This document shows, in pieces, positions 1 through 9,941 of a stretch of DNA of 64,000 nt (position 1 is the first letter of the stretch; each line of letters opens with the position of its first letter). The notes beneath the pieces were generated by a model, which worked only from the letters and a program-made list of their open reading frames with translations, ran no database searches and was not told the origin of the DNA. The position numbers and the translations under genes are program-made. The DNA lies in contig CAKUBG010000001.1 in the NCBI GenBank assembly GCA_934636825.1, forward strand, positions 256,080-320,079, in the 5' to 3' direction. This DNA comes from an uncultured bacterium. GTDB taxonomy: Bacteria; Vulcanimicrobiota; Xenobia; Xenobiales; Xenobiaceae.

Positions 1-217
1 AGAGCAGCAAACAGGAAGGCTACAGCAAAAAGGCATAAACCTAGCCAACGTCTGCTCCCCTTGTTGCGAGCAAGGGAATTTAACATGTATTAAGTTCCTC
101 CTGAACCCCTGGGAGTAAAAATACGATGGACAAAAATGCACACAAACAGCCCATCTTATCATAGATAATAGTTCAAAACTAAAAGTTAGTAAAGCTTTTT
201 TAATTGCCCTTTAAAAC

Positions 218-256
218 ACAAAAAAAGAGGAGACAGCCAGAGAAGCCGTCTCCTCT
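218..256 (-). terminator. Rho-independent terminator downstream of paralog 1
   Basis: Stem GAGGAGAC/GTCTCCTC at 227-255 with a 13-nt loop. A7 on the + strand gives a U-run on the - strand, just past the stop at 289. Confidence 0.6.
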
Positions 257-288
257 CTTGCTCCTACTTGCGGAGCATCACTTTATAT

Positions 289-2682
289 CTATTTGTTAGG
301 CATAATGAAGCCCATAATGCAAGCAGCATTTACATTGTAGGTCTTACGGCGCACAGAGTTGCTGCTGTTGCCTTCGATGGTAGTGACGGTGCCGCTGGCA
401 GCGTCGTAGCTCTCTACGATACCGACGTGGTCGGCGCTGCTGCGGGTGTTGTCCCAGTCGAACATAATCATATCACCAGCTTTAGGAGCGTAACCATTGC
501 CACCTTGCTGCCAAGTGTTCTGTCCTTTAGACCACTCAACCAAAGTGGGAGTGTAGTTTACGTTGGAGCACTTGCTGAAGTCCATGACACCATGCTTAGC
601 TAAGATACCGGTAGCAAAAGCGGCGCACCAAGGCTGCTGCTGACAATCGAGAGCCCAGCTCTGGTTCCAGTCCTTGGTAATGGCATTGATCTGAGAAGCA
701 TTGCCACTTTCGGTCATACCAACCATAGATCCGGCCTCACTGAGGGCTCCGTCTACGCCCTTGCCGCCCTTAGTCTCGGCACCTTTCAAGTGCTCAAGCA
801 TGTAAGCGCCTACCTGGTCGTGGTAAATACTGGTCACACCCTTGTGCCAATTCTGGTCGGTAGCCCAACCGGCTTTATTTACAGCAGAAGTTTGCTCAGC
901 AATGGAAGCATCGGCAGAAGAACCACCTTTAGAGCGCAAGTTGGCGAAAGTCCTAGCGCCAACATTGATTTGATTCTCTACGCCAGAGAACTTGGAGTTT
1001 CTGGTAGCGTTATTAGGATCGGAGTCGTAAGCGCCTACGCCCATCCAACCGTTGATACCAATACCAGTCTTACCCCACTGTGTTTCTTGACCAGCGATGG
1101 AGAGCAAGACCAACGGATCTACGTTGTTTTCTTTACCGGCTTTAACGAACATAGCGCCAGTACCTTCGGGAGCATCGGAGCCCTTGGAAGCCAAGAAGCC
1201 GTCGATAGCTTTAGCGATGTCGGCGTCGGAGCACTTAGAAAGGTCGATATCGCCAGCAGCGGTAGTTCTGGTAGCGGAACCAGTGCTACCAGTTCCCTGA
1301 GTTCCGCCGGTACCACCAGTACCGCCTACGCCACCAGTGCCGCCGGTGCCACCGCCACCATTATTGACAGCTCCGGTACCGCCATTGTTGCCACCACCAT
1401 TGGAGCCGTTGCTACCATTGGCGCCATTAGAGCCATTGGCTGCACCTTGAGCTCCGGCAGCTTCATCGGAACTTCCCTGAGCGCCCTGAGCTTGAGCAGC
1501 CTCTTCAGCGGGAGCGTTTTTAGCATCGATCTCGGCTTGTACCTTGTCGATATCCTTCTGAAGGTTTTGCTTCTGAGTTTGGATATCTTCAAGCTCGCCA
1601 TTGACGCGCTCTAAGTCTTCGTTGACGCCCTGAAGCTTGTTGGTGATCTCTTCAACCTTTTCCTGATCGCCAGCAGCTTTGGCAGCAGCCAACTCTTCTA
1701 CGAGCTCTTCTTGCTGCTTCTCCAGCTCTTCTTTTTCTTTAAGCTTAGCTTCTTCTTGCTTAGTAAGCTCATCCATATCTTTCTGGAGGTCTTCCATCTC
1801 CTCTTCGGGAGTGGGCTCTAACTCTTCGATCTCTTTATTGATCTTGTCGAGCTTGTCATTTACTTCAGAAAGTTCATCATTGATACCATCGAGCTTGTTG
1901 GTGAGCTCTTTAACTTTGGCCTGGTCGCCAGCAGCTTGAGCTTTTTCGAGCTCTTCGATAGTCTCGTCGCGCTGTTTCTCGAGCTCTTCTTGCTTCTTAG
2001 TCTGAGCTTCCTTCTCTTCGTTGAGCTTCTCGAGCTTCTTTTCCTTAACTTCTTCTTTCTTCTTCTCGACTTCTTCTTTTACCTTAGCTTTGTCGGCATC
2101 GGAAACTTCTTCACCGTCTTCGCCTCTGAGGTTGTCGACCATTTCTTCGAGATCATCGGAAAGACCATCCATACCGATCTTGTCAGCCAGTTTAGAAGCA
2201 CCTTCTAATCCATCGGCAACCTTGTCTTTAACATGATCAACAATCTTATCTTTGACGCCATTAACAAAATCGCCAAACTTTTCAAGAGGATTTTTTTCTT
2301 CAGTTTTGCCGCCAAATTTACCGCCTCCACCGCCGAAACCATTTATACTGTTACTGCTGCCGCTAAACTTCTCTCCTTTAACAGAGAAGCTACCGCTCTC
2401 GTCATCTAAAGAAGCAACTTTTACTCCTCTACCAGCTTTAGCGGCTTCGCTATCACTAACGCTAATCTTATCTTGCTCTTGAGCTTTTTGGGCTTCTTGA
2501 GCCTTGCGAGCTTCTTCAGCCTGCTTGGCTTGTTGAGCTTCTTGAGCCTTACGAGCTTCTTCAGCTTTGCGAGCCTCTTCCTGGCGGCGACGAGCTTCTT
2601 CGGCCTCGCGACGGCGGCGAGCCTCTTCGGCTTGCTGTTGTCTGATAGCGGCAGAATTATCGTAGCTGCTATTGATACTCAT
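289..2682 (-). CDS. Giant coiled-coil peptidoglycan hydrolase, paralog 1 (glucosaminidase-like + C-terminal CHAP domain)
   Basis: Strong GGAGG RBS before the internal ATG (MSINSS...), so the upstream 17 codons of the tracked ORF are probably not translated. ARKAEE-type charged repeats, Gly-rich segments, and a repeated 'ELEKAQAAGDQ.KV.ELTNKL.G.N.EL' coiled-coil module. C-terminus carries 'LLSIAGQETQWG' (glucosaminidase/FlgJ-like), then 'WCAAFATGILAKHG...DHVGIV...EGNS' (CHAP Cys/His). No signal peptide. Confidence 0.75.
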   Translation of the reverse strand: MSINSSYDNSAAIRQQQAEEARRRREAEEARRRQEEARKAEEARKAQEAQQAKQAEEARKAQEAQKAQEQDKISVSDSEAAKAGRGVKVASLDDESGSFSVKGEKFSGSSNSINGFGGGGGKFGGKTEEKNPLEKFGDFVNGVKDKIVDHVKDKVADGLEGASKLADKIGMDGLSDDLEEMVDNLRGEDGEEVSDADKAKVKEEVEKKKEEVKEKKLEKLNEEKEAQTKKQEELEKQRDETIEELEKAQAAGDQAKVKELTNKLDGINDELSEVNDKLDKINKEIEELEPTPEEEMEDLQKDMDELTKQEEAKLKEKEELEKQQEELVEELAAAKAAGDQEKVEEITNKLQGVNEDLERVNGELEDIQTQKQNLQKDIDKVQAEIDAKNAPAEEAAQAQGAQGSSDEAAGAQGAANGSNGANGSNGSNGGGNNGGTGAVNNGGGGTGGTGGVGGTGGTGGTQGTGSTGSATRTTAAGDIDLSKCSDADIAKAIDGFLASKGSDAPEGTGAMFVKAGKENNVDPLVLLSIAGQETQWGKTGIGINGWMGVGAYDSDPNNATRNSKFSGVENQINVGARTFANLRSKGGSSADASIAEQTSAVNKAGWATDQNWHKGVTSIYHDQVGAYMLEHLKGAETKGGKGVDGALSEAGSMVGMTESGNASQINAITKDWNQSWALDCQQQPWCAAFATGILAKHGVMDFSKCSNVNYTPTLVEWSKGQNTWQQGGNGYAPKAGDMIMFDWDNTRSSADHVGIVESYDAASGTVTTIEGNSSNSVRRKTYNVNAACIMGFIMPNK

Positions 2683-2749
2683 AGTAAAATCCCTCCTACC
2701 TTTGCGAGCACAAAAAGCGCTCGACCTGTACACAGGTACTGTTGTTTAT

Positions 2750-2809
2750 ATTATCAAGCGCTTGTTTACTTTATCTAGAATTTATCTACTGATTTAACAT
2801 TTATTTAAC
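2750..2809 (-). promoter_or_regulatory. Conserved promoter module of paralog 1 (GTTAAATAAATGTTAA box, TAGATAA x2, TGATAAT)
   Basis: In the - sense: GTTAAATAAATGTTAAA (2794-2809), TAGATAA at 2782-2788 and 2771-2777, TGATAAT at 2750-2756. The same ordered elements occur upstream of paralogs 2-4. Confidence 0.5.
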
Positions 2810-2844
2810 TTTTAATTTTTTTTACTTCATCTTGAAATATTGTA

Positions 2845-2884
2845 CAAAAAAAGCCCCTCGACCAAAATCGAGAGGCTTCTCGTT
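2845..2884 (-). terminator. Rho-independent terminator downstream of paralog 2
   Basis: - sense: GCCTCTCGA-loop-TCGAGGGGC followed by U8, immediately after the stop at 2902. Confidence 0.6.
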
Positions 2885-2901
2885 AGTTAGCTATATATTT
2901 C

Positions 2902-5900
2902 TTACTTGTTGGGTTCAATGTAACCCATAACGCAAGCTTGGTTGCGATCGTAAGTTTTGACTCTTACGGAGTTGCTGCTGTTACCTTCAACTGTAGTAAC
3001 TACACCGGTACCGGCGTCGTAACTGACTACCAAACCGACGTGATCGGCGCCGCTACGAGTGTTGTCCCAGTCAAACATAATCATATCACCGGCCTTGGGA
3101 GCGTAATCGCCACCGCCCTGGCGCCAAGTGCCCTGACCTTTGGCCCAATTGACCAAAGTGGGAGTATAGTTGACGTTGTCGCAAGCGCTGAAGTCCATAA
3201 CGCCGTGCTTAGCCAAAATACCGGTAGCGAAAGCAGCGCACCAAGGTTGAGACTGACAATCGAGAGCCCAACTCTGGTTCCAATCCTTGGTAATGGCATT
3301 GATCTGAGAAGCGTTGCCACTTTCGGTCATACCTTCCATGGAAAGAGCCTCATCGAGAGCACCTTCGATACCCTTACTACCCTTAAGTTCGGCGCCTTTT
3401 AAGTTTTCCAACATGTAAGCACCAACCTGATCGTGATATATCTTGGTAACGCCTTCATGCCACTTCTGGTCGGTAGCCCAACCGGCTTTGTTTACGGCCG
3501 AAGCCTGATCGGCAATAGAAGCATCGGAAGAAGAACCACCTTTTTCACGTAAGTTGTGGAAAGTTCTAGCACCAACATTGATCTGGTTCTCTACACCGGA
3601 AAACTTAGGATTACGGGTTGAGTTGTTGGGATCGGAGTCATAAGCGCCTACGCCCATCCAACCGTTGATACCTACGCTACCGGAAGCGGTACCCCAACGG
3701 GTTTCTTGACCGGCAATGGAAAGCAGAACCAGAGGATCTACATCATTTTCTTTACCGGCTTTAACAAAGAGAGCACCAGTGCCAGCAGGAGCGGGAGAAC
3801 CTTTTTCAGCTAAGAAACCGTCGATAGCCTTAGCAACATCTTCGTCGGAGCACTTGGAAATATCGATATCACCAGCCGCGCTGCTTCTCTTAACAGAAGA
3901 TCCGGAGCTGACGCTACCAGCGCCGCCGGAACCACCAACGCCACTGACGCCGCCGCCTCCGCCACCATAGTTGCCACCGCCGCCGGAACCGGAACCACCG
4001 TTATTGGCAGCAGCTTGCTGAGCGGCCAGCTGTTGACCAAGCTGGTTTAATTGTTTTTGCAAATCTTCATTGCTAATACCGACAGCTTTTTCAAAATCGC
4101 TCAAATTGTCATTGGACTGAGCAGCGCTTTCAGCAGCTTTAGATTCATCAACTTTAGCTTCGTCAGCTTTGGCTTTGTCGGCAGCAGCAATTTCTTCATC
4201 GCTCATCACTTTGCCGTCGGCGCCAATACGTTTGCCTTCTTCATTGACGAGGTTGCCCTTATTGTCAATCAGCTGGCCATCGCCATTTACCAACTTGCCA
4301 TCTTCATTGAGAGTGCTGCCTTCAGGAAGTTTCTTGCCATCTTCACTGTAAAGAGTGCCGTTCTTGTCCACGAAAACGCCGTCAGGAAGCTTCTCAGGAT
4401 CAACTTTAGCGCTGTCGGTAGCACTATCTTTGGTACCTTCAGTACCGGCGGCTTTAGCATCTTCACCCTGACCGGCGGCATTTTTAGCATCGTCGGCAGT
4501 ATCTTTGGCGCTATCGGCGGCAGCCTTATCGGAAGCGTTGGCGGCTTCAACAGTGCTTACGCCGTCTTGAGCTTTTTCGGCCTTGCCGTCAATTTGACCA
4601 GCAGTATTTTCGGCTTTGGACACCTTCTGATCGGCGCTATTAACTTGACCGGCGGCATCTTCGGCCTTGGTATCAGCTTCAGAAGCAGCAGTTTCGGCTT
4701 GTTCAGCTTTGGTAGCGTCATCGGTAGCTTTAGTTTCGGCTTGTTCAGAAGCGTTGGCTGCTTCAGTAGCGGCAGTTTCAGCTTGTTCGGACTTGCCTTC
4801 AGCGGCGCTGAGCTGGCTTTCCAACTCAGAGGCTTTGCTTTCGGCAGCGTCGGCGGCACTGTGAGCGGCGTCAGCTTTGGCCTGAGCGGAATCTAAAGCG
4901 GACTGAGCTGAAGCAATAGCTTCTTCATCGGGCACTTGCTCGGTGCTTCCGTCTTCGTTTTCGACAGTCTTGGTAGCAGACTTGGCAGCTTCCAAAGCGG
5001 ACTGAGCCTGAGCAACTTCAGAATCGGCCTGAGTAGCTTCAGCAGCTTTATTAGTAGCTTCGGTACGAGCTTCGGTAGCTTGAGACTTAAGCTGTTCCAT
5101 TTCAGCTTTGGCTTTGTCGGCCTTGGACTTGGAGTCTTGAGCTTCAGAAGCAGCTTTGGTTGCATCGCTCTGAGAAGTTTGAGCGGCGGAATTGGCTTCG
5201 GTAGCGGCATTGCCGGCCTCGCTAGCGGCTTGCTGCGCAGCTTGAGATTGCTCGTTGGCAGAAGTAGCTTTGGCTTGAGCTTGTTCTACGTTGGAAGCGG
5301 CATTCTGCTGAGCGGACTGAGCGCTATTTACTTTGTCTTGCTGAGCAGCAGCTTTGGCAGCATTTTCTTGCTCAAGCTGGTTGCGAGTAGAATCAATATT
5401 GTCACTTAAATTGGAAATGCGATTTTGCAAAGAGTTCATATCGTCTTGAGAAGAACTCAATTGCTGATTGACTTGATTCAGCTCTTGGCTCAGTTGCTCT
5501 ACTTTTTCCTGGTCGCCATCAGCTTGAGCTTCGGCTAAATCTTCTACTAACTGGGCTTGCTTTTGCTCTAAAGCTTCGCGCTCTTGGGCTTTCTTCTCTT
5601 GCTCTTTCTTGAGCTCTTCCATCTCGGCTTCTAAAGTGCCCAAAGTTTCGGCGGTATTGGCTTCTTTGCCCTCTTGCTCGCCTTCATTGATCACTTTTTC
5701 TAATTCGCTCTGAGCCGCTTCCAAATCGGTATTGGCTTCATCTACGTCGGCGTTGGCTGCAGCGGCAGTTTTAGCTTGTTCGGCTGCTTCAGTTTGAGTT
5801 TTGGCTTGAGTAGCGGCAGTTTCGGCAGCAGTTGCATCTTTCGCTTTGGCATCTTCGTTGGCTACAGCAGCTTTAGCGTCAGCATTTTCGCCTTCTTCTG

Positions 5901-6189
5901 AAGACTTGACAGCTTTATCGCCAGCTTCTTCAGTTTTTTCACCAGCTTTGGTGGCTTCAGCGGCAGCAGCTTCAGCACTTTCCGCACCTTCAGCGGCAGC
6001 AGCTTCGTCGTCTAAAGAAGCGACATTGAGAGAGCCGAAAGCGTTAATGGCTTCAGAACCAGACAAAGAGATAGAGTCATCGGCCGCAAAACCGAACGCA
6101 TTATTGCTAGACGCAGCAGCAGAAGTGCTGGGCATATTGGTGGAAATACCGGATATTCCTAAAAAGCTTGAAATCTTATCTAACGACAT
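2902..6189 (-). CDS. Giant coiled-coil peptidoglycan hydrolase, paralog 2 (1095 aa; glucosaminidase-like + CHAP)
   Basis: Conserved N-terminal module 'MSLDKISSFLGISGISTNMPS...SLDDE', an Ala/Glu/Gln-rich coiled-coil of about 700 aa, then a GGSGSGGGGNYGGGGGG linker. C-terminus carries 'FVKAGKENDVDPLVLLSIAGQETRWG' and the CHAP motif 'WCAAFATGILAKHG...DHVGLVVSYD...EGNSSNSV'. RBS GGAGAG before the ATG. Confidence 0.8.
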   Translation of the reverse strand: MSLDKISSFLGISGISTNMPSTSAAASSNNAFGFAADDSISLSGSEAINAFGSLNVASLDDEAAAAEGAESAEAAAAEATKAGEKTEEAGDKAVKSSEEGENADAKAAVANEDAKAKDATAAETAATQAKTQTEAAEQAKTAAAANADVDEANTDLEAAQSELEKVINEGEQEGKEANTAETLGTLEAEMEELKKEQEKKAQEREALEQKQAQLVEDLAEAQADGDQEKVEQLSQELNQVNQQLSSSQDDMNSLQNRISNLSDNIDSTRNQLEQENAAKAAAQQDKVNSAQSAQQNAASNVEQAQAKATSANEQSQAAQQAASEAGNAATEANSAAQTSQSDATKAASEAQDSKSKADKAKAEMEQLKSQATEARTEATNKAAEATQADSEVAQAQSALEAAKSATKTVENEDGSTEQVPDEEAIASAQSALDSAQAKADAAHSAADAAESKASELESQLSAAEGKSEQAETAATEAANASEQAETKATDDATKAEQAETAASEADTKAEDAAGQVNSADQKVSKAENTAGQIDGKAEKAQDGVSTVEAANASDKAAADSAKDTADDAKNAAGQGEDAKAAGTEGTKDSATDSAKVDPEKLPDGVFVDKNGTLYSEDGKKLPEGSTLNEDGKLVNGDGQLIDNKGNLVNEEGKRIGADGKVMSDEEIAAADKAKADEAKVDESKAAESAAQSNDNLSDFEKAVGISNEDLQKQLNQLGQQLAAQQAAANNGGSGSGGGGNYGGGGGGVSGVGGSGGAGSVSSGSSVKRSSAAGDIDISKCSDEDVAKAIDGFLAEKGSPAPAGTGALFVKAGKENDVDPLVLLSIAGQETRWGTASGSVGINGWMGVGAYDSDPNNSTRNPKFSGVENQINVGARTFHNLREKGGSSSDASIADQASAVNKAGWATDQKWHEGVTKIYHDQVGAYMLENLKGAELKGSKGIEGALDEALSMEGMTESGNASQINAITKDWNQSWALDCQSQPWCAAFATGILAKHGVMDFSACDNVNYTPTLVNWAKGQGTWRQGGGDYAPKAGDMIMFDWDNTRSGADHVGLVVSYDAGTGVVTTVEGNSSNSVRVKTYDRNQACVMGYIEPNK

Positions 6190-6207
6190 TCAGTAATCTC
6201 TCCTAAT
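4893..6207. repeat. Direct repeat copy A (100% identical to 8416-9730); 5' half of paralog 2 plus 18 nt of leader
   Basis: Three six-frame ORFs have identical translations in both copies at a constant offset of 3523 (4893-5210 and 8416-8733; 4936-5409 and 8459-8932; 5846-6196 and 9369-9719). Identity decays to about 90% between 4450 and 4890. Sequence diverges 18 nt upstream of the ATG. Confidence 0.85.
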
Positions 6208-6265
6208 TCCTCATAAACGAAAAGAGGCGGCACACTGCTGCGCCTTTTCCACTCGTATTCTCTTC

Positions 6266-6329
6266 ATTATCAATTATGACCAAAAATTTATCTACAATTT
6301 AAAAACTGTTTTAACATTTATTTAACATT
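6266..6329 (-). promoter_or_regulatory. Conserved promoter module of paralog 2
   Basis: - sense: GTTAAATAAATGTTAAA (6311-6329), TAGATAA (6288-6294), 15 nt, TGATAAT (6266-6272). The leader has the hairpin AGGCG-N11-CGCCU followed by a U-run. Confidence 0.5.
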
Positions 6330-6375
6330 AAAAATGATTTAACTATTTTTTACTATTTTGTCATGCTGAATTGAG

Positions 6376-6430
6376 CAAAAAAAACTCTCCCCCTTTGGCA
6401 AGTCTTTTACTCGACCAACGGGGAGAGCTC
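6376..6430 (-). terminator. Probable terminator downstream of paralog 3
   Basis: CTCTCCCC (6386-6393) pairs with GGGGAGAG (6420-6427). A8 on the + strand gives a U-run on the - strand. The 26-nt loop is long for a terminator. Confidence 0.45.
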
Positions 6431-6502
6431 TCGCGCTGTATAGGTAGTCCGACTCAAAAATCTAATTTTCGTGAATCAGACTCACCACATCTATGTATAT
6501 TG

Positions 6503-9500
6503 TTAGTCACCGATAGAAGTGTAACCTAATACGCAAGCGTCATTGCGATTGTAGGTTTTTACTCTTACAGAATTGCTGCTATTGCCCTCAACCGTGGTAA
6601 TAGTACCGCTGTCAGAGTCGTATTTTACTACCAGACCAACGTGATTGGGGCTGGTACGGGAGCCATCCCAATCAAAGAAGATCATATCGCCCTTCTTAGG
6701 TGAATAATCACTGCTGGCATGATTCCAAGTGCCTTCACTCTGTGACCAATCCACCAAATAGTTGGTAGAATTGACGTTTTGGCAGCCAGAGAAATCTTCC
6801 ACACCATTTTTAGCCAAGATGCCGCTAGCAAAAGCAGCACACCAAGGCCATTCTTGACAATCGAGAGCCCAACTCTGGTTCCAATCCTTGGTAATGGCAT
6901 TGATCTGAGCAGTATTGCCACTTGCGGTCATGCCTTCCATAGAGAGAGCCTCGTCAATAGCGGCATCAATGCCTTTGTTGCCACTGGAGGAAGAAGTGCC
7001 GGAAGCAGCAGAGGCAGCCTTTATTTCCTCCATCTTAGCTTGTACATAAGGGGCAACTTGATTTTGGTAAATGCTAGTTACGCCATTATGCCAATTTTGG
7101 TCACTGGCCCATCCGGCTTTGTTGACAGCAGAAGTCTGAGCGGCAATAGAGTCGGAAGAAGAGGATCCACCCTTTTCACGCAAATTGTGGAAGGTTCTGG
7201 CACCGACGTTGATCTGTTTTTCCACACCAGAGAACTTAGGATTGCGAGTTGAGTTGTTGGGGTCGGAGTCGTAAGCACCTACGCCCATCCAGCCATCGAT
7301 ACCAACGCTACCAGCAGCGGTACCCCAACGGGTTTCCTGACCAGCGATAGATAATAAAATAAGCGGATCGACATCATTTTCTTTACCAGCCTTGACAAAC
7401 AGAGCGCCAGTACCTTCAGGAGCGGGAGAGCCTTTTTCAGCTAAGAAGCAATCAATTGCTTTAGCCATAGCTTGCTCATTTTCGTCGGTAAGCTCTACTT
7501 TGCTAATCGAGCCAGCTTTGCTAGCTGAAGAGGTGGAACCAGTGCTGCCAGTACCGCCTACGCTACCGGAGCCACCTACACCGCCTCCGCCGCCGTAGTT
7601 GCCGCCACCGCCGGAACCAGAGCCGGAACCACCATTATTGCCAGCAGCTTGCTGAGCAGCACCTTGGTTGGCAATCTGTTGGCCGAGTTGTTCAATTTGC
7701 TTTTGCAAATCTTCATTGCTGATACCGGTAGCTTTTTCAAAGCCGCTCTTCTCTTCAGCAGCTTGACCAGCGCCTTCTTTGGCTTCATCAGTCTTAGCTT
7801 CATCGGCTTTGGCTTTGTCGGCTTTAGCAATATCTTCATCGCTCATCACTTTGCCATTTTCGTCGACACGCTTACCTTCAGCATTGACCTGATTGCCCTC
7901 AGCGTCAATCATTTTGCCATTCTTGTCTATCATAACGCCATCGGCCAGCTTGTCGGTATCGACTTTAGCTTCGCCTTTAGCGTCTTCACCTTGACCGGCG
8001 GCATTTTTAGCATCGTCGGCGGTATCTTTGGCACTATCGGCGGCAGCCTTATCAGAAGCGTTGGCGGCTTCAACAGTGCTCACGCCGTCTTGAGCTTTTT
8101 CAGCTTTGTCGTCAATTTGACCGGCAGTATTTTCGGCTTTGGACACCTTCTGATCGGCGCTATTAACTTGACCAGCAGCATCTTCAGCTTTGGTATCGGC
8201 TTCGGAAGCGGCTGTTTCGGCCTGCTCGGCTTTGGTAGCGTCATCGGTAGCTTTAGTTTCGGCTTGTTCAGAAGCGTTGGCTGCTTCAGTAGCGGCAGTT
8301 TCGGCTTGTTCGGATTTACCTTCGGCGGCGCTGAGCTGGCTTTCCAACTCAGAGGCTTTGCTTTCGGCAGCGTCGGCAGCGCTGTGAGCGGCGTCAGCTT
8401 TGGCCTGGGCGGAATCTAAAGCGGACTGAGCTGAAGCAATAGCTTCTTCATCGGGCACTTGCTCGGTGCTTCCGTCTTCGTTTTCGACAGTCTTGGTAGC
8501 AGACTTGGCAGCTTCCAAAGCGGACTGAGCCTGAGCAACTTCAGAATCGGCCTGAGTAGCTTCAGCAGCTTTATTAGTAGCTTCGGTACGAGCTTCGGTA
8601 GCTTGAGACTTAAGCTGTTCCATTTCAGCTTTGGCTTTGTCGGCCTTGGACTTGGAGTCTTGAGCTTCAGAAGCAGCTTTGGTTGCATCGCTCTGAGAAG
8701 TTTGAGCGGCGGAATTGGCTTCGGTAGCGGCATTGCCGGCCTCGCTAGCGGCTTGCTGCGCAGCTTGAGATTGCTCGTTGGCAGAAGTAGCTTTGGCTTG
8801 AGCTTGTTCTACGTTGGAAGCGGCATTCTGCTGAGCGGACTGAGCGCTATTTACTTTGTCTTGCTGAGCAGCAGCTTTGGCAGCATTTTCTTGCTCAAGC
8901 TGGTTGCGAGTAGAATCAATATTGTCACTTAAATTGGAAATGCGATTTTGCAAAGAGTTCATATCGTCTTGAGAAGAACTCAATTGCTGATTGACTTGAT
9001 TCAGCTCTTGGCTCAGTTGCTCTACTTTTTCCTGGTCGCCATCAGCTTGAGCTTCGGCTAAATCTTCTACTAACTGGGCTTGCTTTTGCTCTAAAGCTTC
9101 GCGCTCTTGGGCTTTCTTCTCTTGCTCTTTCTTGAGCTCTTCCATCTCGGCTTCTAAAGTGCCCAAAGTTTCGGCGGTATTGGCTTCTTTGCCCTCTTGC
9201 TCGCCTTCATTGATCACTTTTTCTAATTCGCTCTGAGCCGCTTCCAAATCGGTATTGGCTTCATCTACGTCGGCGTTGGCTGCAGCGGCAGTTTTAGCTT
9301 GTTCGGCTGCTTCAGTTTGAGTTTTGGCTTGAGTAGCGGCAGTTTCGGCAGCAGTTGCATCTTTCGCTTTGGCATCTTCGTTGGCTACAGCAGCTTTAGC
9401 GTCAGCATTTTCGCCTTCTTCTGAAGACTTGACAGCTTTATCGCCAGCTTCTTCAGTTTTTTCACCAGCTTTGGTGGCTTCAGCGGCAGCAGCTTCAGCA

Positions 9501-9712
9501 CTTTCCGCACCTTCAGCGGCAGCAGCTTCGTCGTCTAAAGAAGCGACATTGAGAGAGCCGAAAGCGTTAATGGCTTCAGAACCAGACAAAGAGATAGAGT
9601 CATCGGCCGCAAAACCGAACGCATTATTGCTAGACGCAGCAGCAGAAGTGCTGGGCATATTGGTGGAAATACCGGATATTCCTAAAAAGCTTGAAATCTT
9701 ATCTAACGACAT
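6503..9712 (-). CDS. Giant coiled-coil peptidoglycan hydrolase, paralog 3 (1069 aa; glucosaminidase-like + CHAP)
   Basis: The N-terminal ~430 aa are identical to paralog 2. The C-terminal hydrolase region is about 70% identical: 'LILLSIAGQETRWG', CHAP 'WCAAFASGILAKNG...NHVGLVVKYD'. Confidence 0.8.
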   Translation of the reverse strand: MSLDKISSFLGISGISTNMPSTSAAASSNNAFGFAADDSISLSGSEAINAFGSLNVASLDDEAAAAEGAESAEAAAAEATKAGEKTEEAGDKAVKSSEEGENADAKAAVANEDAKAKDATAAETAATQAKTQTEAAEQAKTAAAANADVDEANTDLEAAQSELEKVINEGEQEGKEANTAETLGTLEAEMEELKKEQEKKAQEREALEQKQAQLVEDLAEAQADGDQEKVEQLSQELNQVNQQLSSSQDDMNSLQNRISNLSDNIDSTRNQLEQENAAKAAAQQDKVNSAQSAQQNAASNVEQAQAKATSANEQSQAAQQAASEAGNAATEANSAAQTSQSDATKAASEAQDSKSKADKAKAEMEQLKSQATEARTEATNKAAEATQADSEVAQAQSALEAAKSATKTVENEDGSTEQVPDEEAIASAQSALDSAQAKADAAHSAADAAESKASELESQLSAAEGKSEQAETAATEAANASEQAETKATDDATKAEQAETAASEADTKAEDAAGQVNSADQKVSKAENTAGQIDDKAEKAQDGVSTVEAANASDKAAADSAKDTADDAKNAAGQGEDAKGEAKVDTDKLADGVMIDKNGKMIDAEGNQVNAEGKRVDENGKVMSDEDIAKADKAKADEAKTDEAKEGAGQAAEEKSGFEKATGISNEDLQKQIEQLGQQIANQGAAQQAAGNNGGSGSGSGGGGNYGGGGGVGGSGSVGGTGSTGSTSSASKAGSISKVELTDENEQAMAKAIDCFLAEKGSPAPEGTGALFVKAGKENDVDPLILLSIAGQETRWGTAAGSVGIDGWMGVGAYDSDPNNSTRNPKFSGVEKQINVGARTFHNLREKGGSSSSDSIAAQTSAVNKAGWASDQNWHNGVTSIYQNQVAPYVQAKMEEIKAASAASGTSSSSGNKGIDAAIDEALSMEGMTASGNTAQINAITKDWNQSWALDCQEWPWCAAFASGILAKNGVEDFSGCQNVNSTNYLVDWSQSEGTWNHASSDYSPKKGDMIFFDWDGSRTSPNHVGLVVKYDSDSGTITTVEGNSSNSVRVKTYNRNDACVLGYTSIGD

Positions 9713-9730
9713 TCAGTAATCTCTCCTAAC
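8416..9730. repeat. Direct repeat copy B (100% identical to 4893-6207)
   Basis: See copy A. Confidence 0.85.
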
Positions 9731-9797
9731 CTTTCAAAGCAAAAAAAGATGACTGACGCACTGCGCTAAGCGACCTTTTTCCGCCTTTATTATTTCT

Positions 9798-9859
9798 TTT
9801 ATCAACCATTATTTCCGCTTAATCTAGTGTAAAAGTCACGTTAACATTTATTTAACATT
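9798..9859 (-). promoter_or_regulatory. Conserved promoter module of paralog 3
   Basis: - sense: GTTAAATAAATGTTAAC (9841-9859), TAGATTA (9820-9826), 15 nt, TGATAAA (9798-9804). Leader hairpin followed by U7. Confidence 0.5.
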
Positions 9860-9865
9860 GTATAT

Positions 9866-9905
9866 AAAAAAAATAAGCAGCCTTCCAAGCATGGAGGCTG
9901 CTTAT
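9866..9905 (-). terminator. Rho-independent terminator downstream of paralog 4
   Basis: AAGCAGCC(t)TCCA pairs with TGGAGGCTGCTT. A9 on the + strand gives a U-run on the - strand after the stop at 9942. Confidence 0.6.
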
Positions 9906-9941
9906 AAAGTGTTTATTAAATATCAGAGCTGCAGTTGTACT

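Noticed and set aside
790-1614. Long + strand ORFs antisense to the paralog genes (790-1614, 4051-4896, 7649-8419, 4936-5409, 8459-8932, 5846-6196 and others)
   Set aside because: Their translations are low-complexity S/G/F/L-rich artefacts of the GC-skewed Ala/Glu repeat DNA. They have no RBS and fully overlap strongly supported genes.
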